Shown here: in pieces, positions 10,393-20,089 of the stretch | Numbering within the stretch: the first letter of the stretch is position 1 | How the letters are laid out: the number at the start of each line of letters is the position of its first letter | Source: Thermoanaerobaculia bacterium | GTDB taxonomy: Bacteria > Acidobacteriota > Thermoanaerobaculia > Gp7-AA8 | Direction of reading: 5' to 3' | Assembly (NCBI GenBank): GCA_963715895.1 | Contig: OY970284.1 | Coordinates: 4,899,892-4,963,891 of the forward strand | Length of the DNA stretch: 64,000 bases | The notes under the pieces: generated by a model | Databases searched by the model: none | What the model was told of the DNA's origin: nothing | Seen by the model: only the letters and a program-made list of their open reading frames with translations | Program-made: the position numbers and the translations under genes

Positions 10393-11418
10393 ATGCATAA
10401 TGTCAGTCGCGCACTCCTCATCCTTGTCTGCACGATCGGTCTAACCGCAAGTGCCGCGGACCTCGCCTACACCATTCACATGCAAGCGCTGCCAGGCGCC
10501 AGTGCTGACGGGATCGGGATGGACTACATCAGCTTCGATCCCGGCACGCACACGGTCTGGGTTCCGGCGGGGAACACCGGCGCGGTCGACGTCGTCGATC
10601 CTGCGAACGGCAAGGTGCGGCAGATCACCGGCTTCCCGACGGCGGAGATGGGGAGCGGCGACCGGAAGCGCGTCGTCGGTCCCAGCTCCGTCACCATTGG
10701 CAGCGGAACGATCTATATCGGCAACCGCGGCGACTCCACCGTATGCGCCGTGAACCCGAAGACGCTCGTGCGCGGCACCTGTCACAAGGTCGACTCGATG
10801 CCCGACGGCCTCGCCTACGTTGCGTCGACGAAGGAAGTGTGGGTGACGACGCCACGCGACAAATCGATCCGCATCCTCGATGCGGTCACGCTGAACGAAA
10901 AGGCCAAGCTCACCTTCGACGGCAATCCCGAGGGCTTCGCTGTCGATGGGAAGCGCGGCCGCTTTTATACCAACATGGAAGACAAAGACCTGACGCTGGC
11001 CATCGATCTGAAGTCGCACAAGACGGTGGCCACCTGGAAGCCGGCCTGCGGGGAGGACGGTCCGCACGGATTGCGCGTCGACGAGAAAGCGGGCCAGCTC
11101 TTCATCGCCTGCAGTGCGCGCGCCGAGGTAATGGACGTGGCCCACGACGGCGCGGTGCTCTCGTCGATCGATACCGGCGACGGTGTTGACGACATCGACT
11201 ACAGCGATGCCACACATCTGCTGTATGTCGGCGCGGCCAAGGCCGGCCTGCTCACAGTTGCCCGCGCCGACGCCAACGGCAAGCTGGTCATCGTGGCCAA
11301 GGTACCGACGCACACCGGCGCCCGGAACCCCGCGGTCACGAGTGACGGAACGGTCTACCTGGCACACTCAGGGCTCGGTAAGCTTAGCGATCTGGTCGTA
11401 GCAACGCCGAGGAAGTAG
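10393..11418 (+). CDS. Secreted YncE-like beta-propeller protein
   Basis: Signal peptide; blade repeats MDYISFD, PDGLAY, NPEGFAVD, GPHGLRVD, GVDDIDY. Confidence 0.8.
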   Translation: MHNVSRALLILVCTIGLTASAADLAYTIHMQALPGASADGIGMDYISFDPGTHTVWVPAGNTGAVDVVDPANGKVRQITGFPTAEMGSGDRKRVVGPSSVTIGSGTIYIGNRGDSTVCAVNPKTLVRGTCHKVDSMPDGLAYVASTKEVWVTTPRDKSIRILDAVTLNEKAKLTFDGNPEGFAVDGKRGRFYTNMEDKDLTLAIDLKSHKTVATWKPACGEDGPHGLRVDEKAGQLFIACSARAEVMDVAHDGAVLSSIDTGDGVDDIDYSDATHLLYVGAAKAGLLTVARADANGKLVIVAKVPTHTGARNPAVTSDGTVYLAHSGLGKLSDLVVATPRK

Positions 11419-11428
11419 CAATCGATCT

Positions 11429-11480
11429 CACGCGAAGGCGCGAAGGCGCGAAGAGAACCGACAACCGATAACCGACAACG
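11429..11480. repeat. Short intergenic repeats (CGCGAAGG tandem; AACCGA(C/T) heptamer tandem)
   Basis: cacgcgaaggcgcgaaggcgcgaag followed by aaccgacaaccgataaccgacaac; the same heptamer recurs at 58699-58861. Confidence 0.6.
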
Positions 11481-11491
11481 CGGCGACGCCG

Positions 11492-12469
11492 CTACTTCAT
11501 CATCTCCCGCTCCGTCGACTGCTTGCGTTGCACGTCGGTGGCGAGGTTGAAGGTGAGGATGATCTTGCCGAGCCGGACGAGATCGCCGTCGGCGAGCAGG
11601 CGTTTTTCGGTGAGCTTCTCGCTGTTGACGAAGGTCCCGTTCCGGCTGCCGACGTCCTCGATCACGAAGCCCTCGGCGGTGCGGACGACTTGCGCGTGCT
11701 TTGCAGAAACGCTCACGTCGCGCAGAGCGATCGTGTTCGCCGGCGTGCGGCCGACCGTCGACGTTTCTTCGAGCAGCGGATGCATCGTCCCATCGTCAGC
11801 AGTCAGCGTGGCCACCAGCTCGTGCTCTGTGGTGGGCGGCGGGGGCGGAGGTGGAGGTGCTGGCTCCGGCTCGGGCTCGGGCGGCGGAGGGGGAACTGGA
11901 GCGGGCTCCACTTTCCGCTCGCGTGCGGTGGCATCCGCGTCGATCATCGGCTCGATCAGACCCGTCATCTGCAGACGTTTGATGATCGGGTAGAGATCGA
12001 CAGCAGCGCGTCCGCTATCGGCGCGCAGTTGCGCAAGCGATTTGCCGCTGCCGACCTGGAAAAGGATCTGGAACTCCTCGGCGGTGATGTTGATCTCGCC
12101 CGGCGGCCGGTTGACGACGCGGAATTTGAGGCTGTCGTCAGGATAAAGATCGTTGACACGCCGCGCCTCGTCGTTGCGCTCCTCGGCCTCGGCGATGACC
12201 GAGGCGATGGCCACCGGTAAGGCTCCCTCGGGCAAAACGACGTCATCGAGAAAGGTGAAGGTGCCGTCGCTCCATCCGAGGAGTTTCGCCACGACGCCGG
12301 CGGCATCGCCATCTCCCTCGGCCGCGACGATCCGGCCGTCGCCAATCGCCAGCCGCAGTCGCTGACCGCCCGATTCCGCATCGAACGTGCCGTTGTGGGA
12401 GTTGCCGAGAAACGTAAGCAACTCCTTCACCGTGAAGTATTGAAGGCTTCCCTGCAGAACGACGCGCAT
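11492..12469 (-). CDS. DUF4388/PATAN-like plus FHA domain protein
   Basis: N-terminal LQGSLQYFTVKELLTFL...LLGWSDGTFTF; Pro-rich linker; FHA motifs TVGR, VSAKHA, DVGSRNGTFVN. Confidence 0.85.
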   Translation of the reverse strand: MRVVLQGSLQYFTVKELLTFLGNSHNGTFDAESGGQRLRLAIGDGRIVAAEGDGDAAGVVAKLLGWSDGTFTFLDDVVLPEGALPVAIASVIAEAEERNDEARRVNDLYPDDSLKFRVVNRPPGEINITAEEFQILFQVGSGKSLAQLRADSGRAAVDLYPIIKRLQMTGLIEPMIDADATARERKVEPAPVPPPPPEPEPEPAPPPPPPPPTTEHELVATLTADDGTMHPLLEETSTVGRTPANTIALRDVSVSAKHAQVVRTAEGFVIEDVGSRNGTFVNSEKLTEKRLLADGDLVRLGKIILTFNLATDVQRKQSTEREMMK

Positions 12470-12493
12470 GCCCGGAGTTTATCAGCGCAAAAC

Positions 12494-12526
12494 AACGAGG
12501 ACCGCGCAGAACGCGCGGTCCTCGTT
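12494..12526. terminator. Intrinsic terminator downstream of the DUF11 gene
   Basis: AACGAGGACCGCGC-agaac-GCGCGGTCCTCGTT perfect stem, with an A-run on the left and a T-run on the right. Confidence 0.8.
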
Positions 12527-12534
12527 TTCAATCC

Positions 12535-14025
12535 TCAGTGATTCGGCCCGCGACCGGGCACGACGTGGATGGATACGGTGCTGCTGTTGTTTCCGGGAAC
12601 AGGATCGGACGTGGCGGACGAAACCGTCGCCGTGTTTGAGACCGTCTCGGACTTTGTCACCGGCGGGGCGGTGATCACCAGGGTGATCGGGGGGGCTGGA
12701 CCGAGGGCGAGCGTCGGTGCGGTGCAGGTGACGGTGCCGGCGGAGAAGCCGCAACTCCATCCGGATCCTGTGGCGCTCACGAAACCGGAACCGGCCGGGA
12801 GCACGTCGGTGACCGAGACCGACGACGCGGACGTGGGGCCGTTGTTCGTCACGGCCAGGGTGTAGGTGACCGGGGCGCGGGCGAAGGCCGGCTGGTCGCC
12901 GAGGTTGGCGGTCTTGGTGATGGTCAGATCGGCGCTGCCGGCGGTCATGAAATTCGTGACCTCCGACAGCTCGGTCGACGACATGCATTGCTGGGCGTTG
13001 GCCCCGAACGCTGCCAGGTTTGCTGCCTGCGCCGCGGCCGCGGCCTTCGTTCCCAGGCCCGTCGCGTAGTTCACGATGATCTTTGTCTGGCCGGGGTTGA
13101 GCGTGATCGCGTACGACCAGAAGGGATTGTCGTCACCGCTGACGAAGTTGATGTTCGACACTGGCGTCGTGGCGCCGGTTCCCTGGAAGACATGCCCGAT
13201 CCGTGGATCGCTCGATGTGGTGCCGGAGAAATTCTGGAAAGAGGTGGCCCAGAGGTCGCCCGGGGTGACGATGGCATCACCGCTCGACGTCGTCACCACG
13301 ATGGTATTGCTGTCCGAGCCGAGGTTGTTCGACGTGATCATGGTGAACGTGATGGGAGCGGCGGAGGTGTTGGTGAAGAGGTTCATCCAGCGGATGTACC
13401 GGTCATTCGTCGGGACGTAGACCTTTCGTTGCACGCTCAAACCGCCGATGGTCTGCGGGGGCAGGACGACCTGCCGGTTGACGCACTCGGGAACCGCCGG
13501 CACGCCCGAGTCGAACGTAGCCGGACCGTTCTTGTTGTACATGACGAAGTTCGGGTTGCCGGTGCTGCAGGGCCCGATACTGTTCGTCAAGCTCACGCAG
13601 AGGGCGTTGTACCCGTCGAACATGTCGTTCAGCGTCGACGTCGTCGTGCCGCCGGCGACGGTGCTGGCGACGACCGGAATCGTATAGGACGCTTCCGAAG
13701 CGGCGCCCGAGGCCGAAGAGCTGGTGCTGAAGGTGATGTTCGTATTGATGAAGTACTTCAGGCCGGCGGCATCGATGAGACCGATGGAGCCGGTGGCGGT
13801 GGCCCTGGGATGGAACGACTGGCCGACCGGCGTCAGCCCTGAGTAGGTGTGGCGTGCACGCTTGGCGGCGTGCTTTGCGGCGTTCGCCGCGGCGGTACTG
13901 GCCCGGTCGGCCTGCTGCGGTTTGAGGTTACGAAGCGTCGACCCCTTGTCGGTCAAGGCGATGTCGGCGAGTGCGGCGTGAGCGAAAAGCAAAAAGGCAA
14001 AGACAAACCCGTATCGTTTCTTCAC
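12535..14025 (-). CDS. Secreted Ser/Thr-rich protein with C-terminal DUF11 domain
   Basis: Signal peptide; ADLTITKT...VTYTLAVTNNGP...VSVTDVLP...NTATVSS..SDPVPGNNS. Confidence 0.85.
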   Translation of the reverse strand: MKKRYGFVFAFLLFAHAALADIALTDKGSTLRNLKPQQADRASTAAANAAKHAAKRARHTYSGLTPVGQSFHPRATATGSIGLIDAAGLKYFINTNITFSTSSSASGAASEASYTIPVVASTVAGGTTTSTLNDMFDGYNALCVSLTNSIGPCSTGNPNFVMYNKNGPATFDSGVPAVPECVNRQVVLPPQTIGGLSVQRKVYVPTNDRYIRWMNLFTNTSAAPITFTMITSNNLGSDSNTIVVTTSSGDAIVTPGDLWATSFQNFSGTTSSDPRIGHVFQGTGATTPVSNINFVSGDDNPFWSYAITLNPGQTKIIVNYATGLGTKAAAAAQAANLAAFGANAQQCMSSTELSEVTNFMTAGSADLTITKTANLGDQPAFARAPVTYTLAVTNNGPTSASSVSVTDVLPAGSGFVSATGSGWSCGFSAGTVTCTAPTLALGPAPPITLVITAPPVTKSETVSNTATVSSATSDPVPGNNSSTVSIHVVPGRGPNH

Positions 14026-14150
14026 GATGTCTCCTCTCTCTAAGACAATTTTTCCGGGGGCCTGCGTACGGACTTCAATCTATGGCTGAATTCGGCAAAG
14101 TGCCAGCGGAAGACGTGAAAGAAATGTAAGAAGTGCGGCATGGCCACGTT

Positions 14151-14269
14151 GTCTGCGGCTTCGGCACGTTGTCGGTTGTCTCCGCGCTGCGGCGCGCGTG
14201 GCCGTTCCAGGCGAGAGCGCGGCGACGGCACAGACAACCGAGAACCAACAATGTGTCGAAGCTGCAGAC
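14151..14269. repeat. Long imperfect inverted repeat (REP-like hairpin)
   Basis: GTCTGCGGCTTCGGCACGTTGTCGGTT (14151-14177) pairs with AACCAACAATGTGTCGAAGCTGCAGAC (14243-14269) with four transition mismatches. Confidence 0.6.
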
Positions 14270-14345
14270 CACCCGTATCCGGACGCTTCGCGCGCGACAT
14301 TCTCACCTCGGCGGCCCTGGCAGCGGCGGCCGCCTTCGCGATGAA

Positions 14346-14726
14346 CTACGTCATTCGCGTCGATGCCTGACCCAGCACGTACCGCCAGCCGGCCGGCGTC
14401 CGGACGTAGGTGTCGCTGAACCACAGCGTGTAGTCGAACGGCTGACCGTCCTCCGTCCCTTTCGCCTCCAGGAGCGCGGTGATCACGGCCGTGTCGCCCC
14501 AGAGGCGAACCGTCTGCTCGCGGTCGCGCTGGTACTCGTAGACGACGTTCCCTCTCCGCGCCTCGGCCAACAGGTCTTCCTTCGTGTAGACCTTCCCCTT
14601 GCCGCCGATCAGGACGAAGTCGTCGGCCAGGATGCGGTCCATCGCCGCGGCGTCGTTTCGCTCGACCGCGGCCTGGTATTCGGTATCGAGTGCGGCGACG
14701 GCCGCCGCGTCATCGTGGTTGCTCAT
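14346..14726 (-). CDS. NTF2/SnoaL-like (DUF4440) protein
   Basis: NDAAAMDRILADDFVLI...VRLWGDTAVIT...FSDTYVRTPAGWR; RBS GGAGGAG before ATG 14726. Confidence 0.88.
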   Translation of the reverse strand: MSNHDDAAAVAALDTEYQAAVERNDAAAMDRILADDFVLIGGKGKVYTKEDLLAEARRGNVVYEYQRDREQTVRLWGDTAVITALLEAKGTEDGQPFDYTLWFSDTYVRTPAGWRYVLGQASTRMT

Positions 14727-14935
14727 GGTCTCCTCCGTTTCGAATGAAAACACGGCCCGTCGCCCTTCCGTTCGCGGCAATTTCCGTGATTTTGGGGGCC
14801 AGATGCCGCAAAATGCTACTTTCTAAAAACAACCGGGTAGGGAAATACCTCTCTGGAGTCTCTCCCATGAAGAGAATCCAAAGTAACCCGGTGTCCCGGG
14901 GGTTCGGGGGGCCGGGGAAAAGGGCGAGTAGAGAG

Positions 14936-15511
14936 ATGGCGGAGAGAGCGTCACTCATGGAGGAGAGGATTCTGCTTCGAAGTCTCAGCGGAGGCGACCG
15001 CGAGGCTTTCTGGCCGCTGTGGCTGGAGCACCGTCTCCACCTGTACAGCGTCTGTCTGCGGCAGATGCGGGGGTCGAAGGCCGATGCCCTCGACGCCGTC
15101 AGCCGCTCCATGCTGCTGGCCTTCCGCAAGCTGCCGGCGCATGCCACGAAAATCGAGAACCTGCAGGCCTGGTTGACGCGGCTCACGCGCAACGTCTGCG
15201 CCGACATCCGTCGCGAGCAGTTGCGGCTAAGCGCGGGCGGAGCGGGCGTCGACATCGACGAGATCGTCGCCGAAGAGATCGCCGCCGCCGATCCCAGCCC
15301 GTCTCCCGAGGAGGTCGCGCTGTCGAATGAAACGCGGATTCGGCTCCAACGCGCCATCGACAGCCTCCCCCCGCTTTTGCGCGGCGTGGCCCAGATGCGG
15401 TTTCTCCACGAAGCCTCGTACGAGGCGATCGCCAGCACGTTTTCGATCACGGAACCGACTGCGCGGAAGCGCGTGCAGCAGGCGCGGACGGTACTACGGT
15501 CATGCTGCTGA
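14936..15511 (+). CDS. ECF RNA polymerase sigma-70 factor
   Basis: Region 2 GDREAF..LW...DALDAV..AF...AWLTRLTRNVCADIRR; region 4 AIDSLPPLLR...SYEAIA...TARKRVQQAR. No C-terminal extension. Start uncertain (14936 or 14957). Confidence 0.9.
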   Translation: MAERASLMEERILLRSLSGGDREAFWPLWLEHRLHLYSVCLRQMRGSKADALDAVSRSMLLAFRKLPAHATKIENLQAWLTRLTRNVCADIRREQLRLSAGGAGVDIDEIVAEEIAAADPSPSPEEVALSNETRIRLQRAIDSLPPLLRGVAQMRFLHEASYEAIASTFSITEPTARKRVQQARTVLRSCC

Positions 15512-15512
15512 C

Positions 15513-15539
15513 TTCACAAGGTTCACCCGGCGGCCGTCT
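15513..15539 (+). promoter_or_regulatory. ECF-type promoter motif, copy 1 (aroDE-SCO-SCO-cytochrome c operon)
   Basis: TTCACA-aggttcacccggcggc-CGTCT, 22 bp before ATG 15562. Confidence 0.75.
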
Positions 15540-15561
15540 TCCTTCCGACAACCAGACTGCC

Positions 15562-17043
15562 ATGGACGCGTCGCTTGTAGTGACGGTCGGGCGCAGGCCG
15601 GAAGGCTTCGCCTTTCTCACGCCCGCTCCGGACTGGATCGAGCTGCGCGCCGACTTGGCTTGCGACATCGAGGCCGCGCACCTTCGCGCTCTGGCGCCGG
15701 CCACCTTGCTCTACACGTTACGTGGCGTGACAGGCGAGCGCCGGGAGCGCCTGCTGCGCGCGGCATCCTCCTTCGATCTGATCGATCTTGAGTCCACAGA
15801 TCTCGACGACACGATGCTTCTCCAACGCATCCGGCCGGAACGGCGGGTCATCACCTGGCGCGGCCGGGCGCGGACGATGGACGATCTCGAGGCCGCCCTT
15901 CGCGCGGTCCAGCGCGTCCCGGCGCGGCTGTACCGGCTCGAGGTGGAGGCGCCGCGCTGCAGCGAAACCCTGCTGCCGATGGCGCTTCTGAAGCGCGAGC
16001 AGCGACCCGATCTCACCGCCTACGCCGTCGGCGCGCTCGGACTCTGGACGCGCATCCTGGCCCCCCGCCTCGGCGCGCGGATCGTCTTCGGCGGCGACGA
16101 CGATCCGGTCGACGGCATGCTCTCGATGGAGCAGCTCATCGTCGACTACGGCTTCCCGCGCCTGGAGCCGGTCGACGAGCTCTTCGGCATCGTCGGCGAT
16201 CCGGTGCTCCGCTCGCTCTCCCCCCGCCTGCACAACGCCGGCTTCCGCGCTCTCGGCCGCCGCGCGCTCTACCTCCCCTTCCATGCTCCGGACTTCGCCG
16301 ACTTCTGGACGGCGCTGATCAACGATCGCGGCCTGGAGTCGCTCGGCGCCTCCGTCGGCGCGCTCTGCGTGGTCTCGCCGCACAAAGAGATCGCCGTCAG
16401 CGCCGCACCGGCCCGCACGCCGATGGTCTCCCGCACCTGCTCGACCAACTTCTTCGTCAACGAAGGGGGCCTCTGGACGGCCGACACCACCGACCCCGAG
16501 GGGGTGCTGCTGACGCTGCGGGAACGACGGGTGAAGCCGCGCGGCCAGCGCGTCGCCGTCGTCGGCTGCGGCGGCTCAGGACGCGCCATCGCCGCGGCGT
16601 TGCAACAGGCCGGCGCCGACGTCACCCTCGTCAACCGCGGGTTCGACCGCGCCTCACTGGCCATCCGGCTCCTGCAACTTCCGTTCGTGCCGCTGGCCAG
16701 CTTCTCGCCACGCGGCTACGACATCGTCGTCAACGCCACGCCGGTCGGCTATCGCGCCGGAGAGGTCCCCTTCGATCCGTCCGATCTCGGCGACGACGCC
16801 GTGGTGATCGATCTCGTCTACGGCCAGGAGCCGACCTCACTCGTCGCCGCCACCCGCGCCCGCGGCCAGGTCACGATCGACGGCCGCGACGTGCTGCGCA
16901 CGCAGGCCATGAGCCAGTTCCACCTCATGACCGGCGAACGGATGCCGGCCGAGGTCCCCGGCCGGATTCTCGGCTGGTATGCCGATGACGATGAACCGGT
17001 GGTCGCCGCGGGAGGAGAATCACACCCCACCCTACCGACATGA
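15562..17043 (+). CDS. Divergent type I 3-dehydroquinate dehydratase / shikimate dehydrogenase-like fusion
   Basis: N-terminal WIELRAD...LLYTLR...IDLE...TRILAP; C-terminal SLSPRLHNAGF, SPHKE, GCGGSGRA, VNRG, VVNATPVG, DLVY. Confidence 0.85.
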   Translation: MDASLVVTVGRRPEGFAFLTPAPDWIELRADLACDIEAAHLRALAPATLLYTLRGVTGERRERLLRAASSFDLIDLESTDLDDTMLLQRIRPERRVITWRGRARTMDDLEAALRAVQRVPARLYRLEVEAPRCSETLLPMALLKREQRPDLTAYAVGALGLWTRILAPRLGARIVFGGDDDPVDGMLSMEQLIVDYGFPRLEPVDELFGIVGDPVLRSLSPRLHNAGFRALGRRALYLPFHAPDFADFWTALINDRGLESLGASVGALCVVSPHKEIAVSAAPARTPMVSRTCSTNFFVNEGGLWTADTTDPEGVLLTLRERRVKPRGQRVAVVGCGGSGRAIAAALQQAGADVTLVNRGFDRASLAIRLLQLPFVPLASFSPRGYDIVVNATPVGYRAGEVPFDPSDLGDDAVVIDLVYGQEPTSLVAATRARGQVTIDGRDVLRTQAMSQFHLMTGERMPAEVPGRILGWYADDDEPVVAAGGESHPTLPT

Positions 17044-17591
17044 GACCCCGCATGCTTCCGATCCTCCAAAGAACGCTCTTCATCGCGGTCATGCTGTTTG
17101 CGAACGGCGCGTGGGCCGCTCCGCTCAAGATCCCCGACGTGCCGGTCACGGATCAGGACGGAAAGCGGGCTCACTTCTACTCCGGTCTCGTGCACGGTCA
17201 CACGGTGGTGGTGAATTTCATCTTTACGCGTTGTACGACCATCTGCGGGACGATGGGAGCGAATTTCGGCAGACTCCAGCGGATCGTCGGCCACGACGTC
17301 GCGCTCATCTCCATCAGCGTCGATCCGATGGATACGCCGCCGATGCTGAAGGCATGGGGCGGGCTATGGGACCGCGGACCTCGATGGACGCTGGTCACCG
17401 GCGCGCGGGCCGACATCGACGCGCTGCGGCGGGCCTTCGGCGTATACAGTGCCGACTTCATCAATCACAGTGCCGTAACGTTCATCGGCAATGACACGAC
17501 GGGAGAATGGACACGCGTTGACGGCCTTGCGCCGGCGACGAGGATCGCATCGACAGTGAACAAGCTGGCGGAGAAGGAGAAGCCCCGATGA
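17040..17591 (+). CDS. SCO1/SenC family copper chaperone
   Basis: FIFTRCTTICG (CxxxC), ISISVDP.DTP, NHS; signal peptide. Confidence 0.9.
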   Translation: MRPRMLPILQRTLFIAVMLFANGAWAAPLKIPDVPVTDQDGKRAHFYSGLVHGHTVVVNFIFTRCTTICGTMGANFGRLQRIVGHDVALISISVDPMDTPPMLKAWGGLWDRGPRWTLVTGARADIDALRRAFGVYSADFINHSAVTFIGNDTTGEWTRVDGLAPATRIASTVNKLAEKEKPR

Positions 17592-18151
17592 AGAGGCATT
17601 GCATCGCGCTGTTGCTGATGCTGGCAGCGTTCACGGCAACGGCAGGCGACGCTCCGTCACGGCCGGCTCCCGACGCCGCCGCGCACTATTTCGCCGGGCT
17701 GGCCCTGGTCGATCAACACGGCAGCAAGGTCGACTTGTACGAGGACCTGATGCGCGGCAAGGTGGTCATCATCAATAGTTTCTTTGCCACCTGTCACGGA
17801 AGCTGCCCGGTGATGATCTCCACGTTTAAGAAGATCGAGGATGCCTTCAAGGATGACGACCACATCTCTCTCATCTCGATCACGGTCGATCCCGCCAACG
17901 ACACGCCGGCCAAACTGGATGAGTACGCGAAAAACGTGAATGCCCGGAAGGAGTGGCACTTCCTCACCGGCACGCCGCAGCAGGTACAGACCGCGCTCGC
18001 AAAGTTCGGACTGGCCGTCGACATCCGCGACAATCACTCCAATGTCGTGATGGTCGGCAATCTCAACACCGGCCTCTGGAAGAAGGTCCTCGGCGTCGCG
18101 GAAAGCGCCAAAGTCATCGACGCTGTCCGGAGTGTCGTCGAAGATAAGTGA
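17588..18151 (+). CDS. SCO1/SenC family copper chaperone (second copy)
   Basis: FFATCHGSCP (CxxxC), SITVDPANDTP, WHFLTG, NHS; signal peptide. Confidence 0.92.
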   Translation: MKRHCIALLLMLAAFTATAGDAPSRPAPDAAAHYFAGLALVDQHGSKVDLYEDLMRGKVVIINSFFATCHGSCPVMISTFKKIEDAFKDDDHISLISITVDPANDTPAKLDEYAKNVNARKEWHFLTGTPQQVQTALAKFGLAVDIRDNHSNVVMVGNLNTGLWKKVLGVAESAKVIDAVRSVVEDK

Positions 18152-19395
18152 TCCTTCTCCCCCTCCTCGCAGCCGCGGCGCTCTCCGCGTCCGAAGCGCG
18201 CGGACGCGAGATCTACCTCCACGGCCGGAGTGGCCGGGGGACGCCGATCACGGCCGTGGTTAGCGATGGCGGCGCGGAGGTTCCAGCGTCGGTGATGCCG
18301 TGCGGGAGCTGCCATGGCCCAAACGGCCGCGGCAAACCCGAAGGGGGAGTCGTTCCCGCGCGCATCGATTGGGAAACGCTGACGCGGCCACTGGACGGTG
18401 AAGGGCGAAAGCGGCCGCCCTACACCGAGGCGCTGGTCCGGCGCGCCATCACCATAGGAATCGATTCCGGCGCGAAGGAGCTGCAGAGCGTCATGCCGCG
18501 CTATCGCTTCCGGCGTGACGACATCGACGATCTCGTGGCCTATCTCAGGAAGCTCGGCAGCATCGCACCGCCCGGTGTTCACGACGACGTCGTGCGCATC
18601 GGTGTGGCGTCGCGCGACCTTGCGGCGCTGCAAACGTATGGCGGCACGCTGCGCATCTACGACCGCCGCGTCGCCTTCGAACCGGCCGAGCGCGTCGATG
18701 ATGCGGATGACTTCTTTGCGTATATCGACGTGCTCGATTCCGCCGGCGACATCCCGCAGATCCTGGCCACACCGGGAGGCGTCTCACTTCCCCAACTTGG
18801 CAGCGGGCAGTTCGCTCTGTTCGCAGGCGTGGCACAGCAAGCGGCGGCGCTCGTCCGCACGGGTGCCAAACGTTTGCCGGAGAGTCAGCGCACGCTGGCC
18901 ATCGTCTATCGCGATGCCGGCTGGCGCGACACCGCGGAAGAGTTGCGAGCCCTCGCGCTCGCGAATGGCTGGAAATCCACGATTGCCGGTCCTTCGGCCG
19001 GTGATGCACGCGCCGTTCTCCTCCTCGAGCACGCTGTCCCGCCGGAAGGCCGCCTGGTCATGTTGCCCGCATCGCTCGCGGACGCTACGGTGTTCGATGA
19101 ACAAGGACAGCCTCGCCCCAACGTGGTCCTAGCCTTTCCGGCCGCAGCGATCGGGAACGAAGCAGCGACGTTCAGCGAACGGAGCACGCGCATCGCTCTC
19201 GCGCTCGTCGCAGAAGCGCTCACGCGCAGCGGCCGCGACCTGACCCGGGAGGCCTTCATCACCGCCATCGAGTCGATCCACGACTTCAGCGAAGCGAATG
19301 TGTCGTTCTCACGCGCGCATCACACGGGGGCGGCAGACGTCGTGGTGGTTTCGCGCGGAGAGAAGGGCGTCGAGACGAATCGCGTGACGCCGTAA
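18148..19395 (+). CDS. Cytochrome c fused to a degenerate periplasmic (branched-chain amino acid-like) substrate-binding domain
   Basis: Signal peptide, CGSCH heme motif, axial MPRY, DLVAYLRKL; then VRIG...EALTRSGRDLTREAFITAIE. Confidence 0.8.
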   Translation: MILLPLLAAAALSASEARGREIYLHGRSGRGTPITAVVSDGGAEVPASVMPCGSCHGPNGRGKPEGGVVPARIDWETLTRPLDGEGRKRPPYTEALVRRAITIGIDSGAKELQSVMPRYRFRRDDIDDLVAYLRKLGSIAPPGVHDDVVRIGVASRDLAALQTYGGTLRIYDRRVAFEPAERVDDADDFFAYIDVLDSAGDIPQILATPGGVSLPQLGSGQFALFAGVAQQAAALVRTGAKRLPESQRTLAIVYRDAGWRDTAEELRALALANGWKSTIAGPSAGDARAVLLLEHAVPPEGRLVMLPASLADATVFDEQGQPRPNVVLAFPAAAIGNEAATFSERSTRIALALVAEALTRSGRDLTREAFITAIESIHDFSEANVSFSRAHHTGAADVVVVSRGEKGVETNRVTP

Positions 19396-19402
19396 TTGAG
19401 TC

Positions 19403-20027
19403 TCAACCGCCGAGATCCGGGAGAGCTCTCAGCACGCCTTCGCGGGTCTTCCTCACGCACCACGTGGGATAGTGGGCATAGTCGACATCCGGCTCCGTGG
19501 CCGTCATAAGCATCAGCTCTTCGCATGATTGCCGCACGAACGCATCGACCGCCTCGCGGTGGAGCGGCCGGTCGGGGTGATAATCGCCACCCGCGATCAA
19601 TCCACCGGGCTTAACCTTCGCGTACCAGGAGAGAATCGTTTTGAAGCCCTGCTCGACATTCTGCGTATATCCGTCGTAATAGACGAAATCGAAGTACTGA
19701 TCCTCGAACAGGCCGAGAGCCTGATTAAAGCCGATCCTCAACAGTTTGTAATTTGAGGCGAATCCCATCCGTCGCATTACTGCTTGGTACTCCTGCCTGT
19801 CGTGAGCGGAATCGGAGTAGGAATCGACGCCGATGTACAGGCGGAATCGGCGGGACTGAATCATTCGCTCGGAGAAGGTGCCCGCGGCTACTCCGAGCTC
19901 CACGCCGACGTTGTCATCTCCGTGAAGCAGGCGGACGACGTCGTACCGATTAAAGCCAGTCAGGAGTTTCGGTTGCACGGTCGCGGCCGTGACTGTCGCC
20001 CCCGGAGTACCGTCGCCCTCTGGCATT
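19403..20027 (-). CDS. Class I SAM-dependent methyltransferase (Methyltransf_24-like)
   Basis: GVELGVAAG, GVDSY, FDFVYYDG, KVKPGGLIAGGDY. Start uncertain: the track start at 20056 lies inside a hairpin. Confidence 0.8.
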
Positions 20028-20042
20028 TCGCTGACAAACCGT

Positions 20043-20074
20043 GCAGGCTCCGGCACATCCGTGCCGGAGCCTGC
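20043..20074. terminator. Perfect 14-bp hairpin after the multicopper oxidase stop
   Basis: GCAGGCTCCGGCAC-atcc-GTGCCGGAGCCTGC; weak U-tract, so either a terminator or an mRNA stabiliser. Confidence 0.6.
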
Positions 20075-20089
20075 TGCATAGAAACGTGT

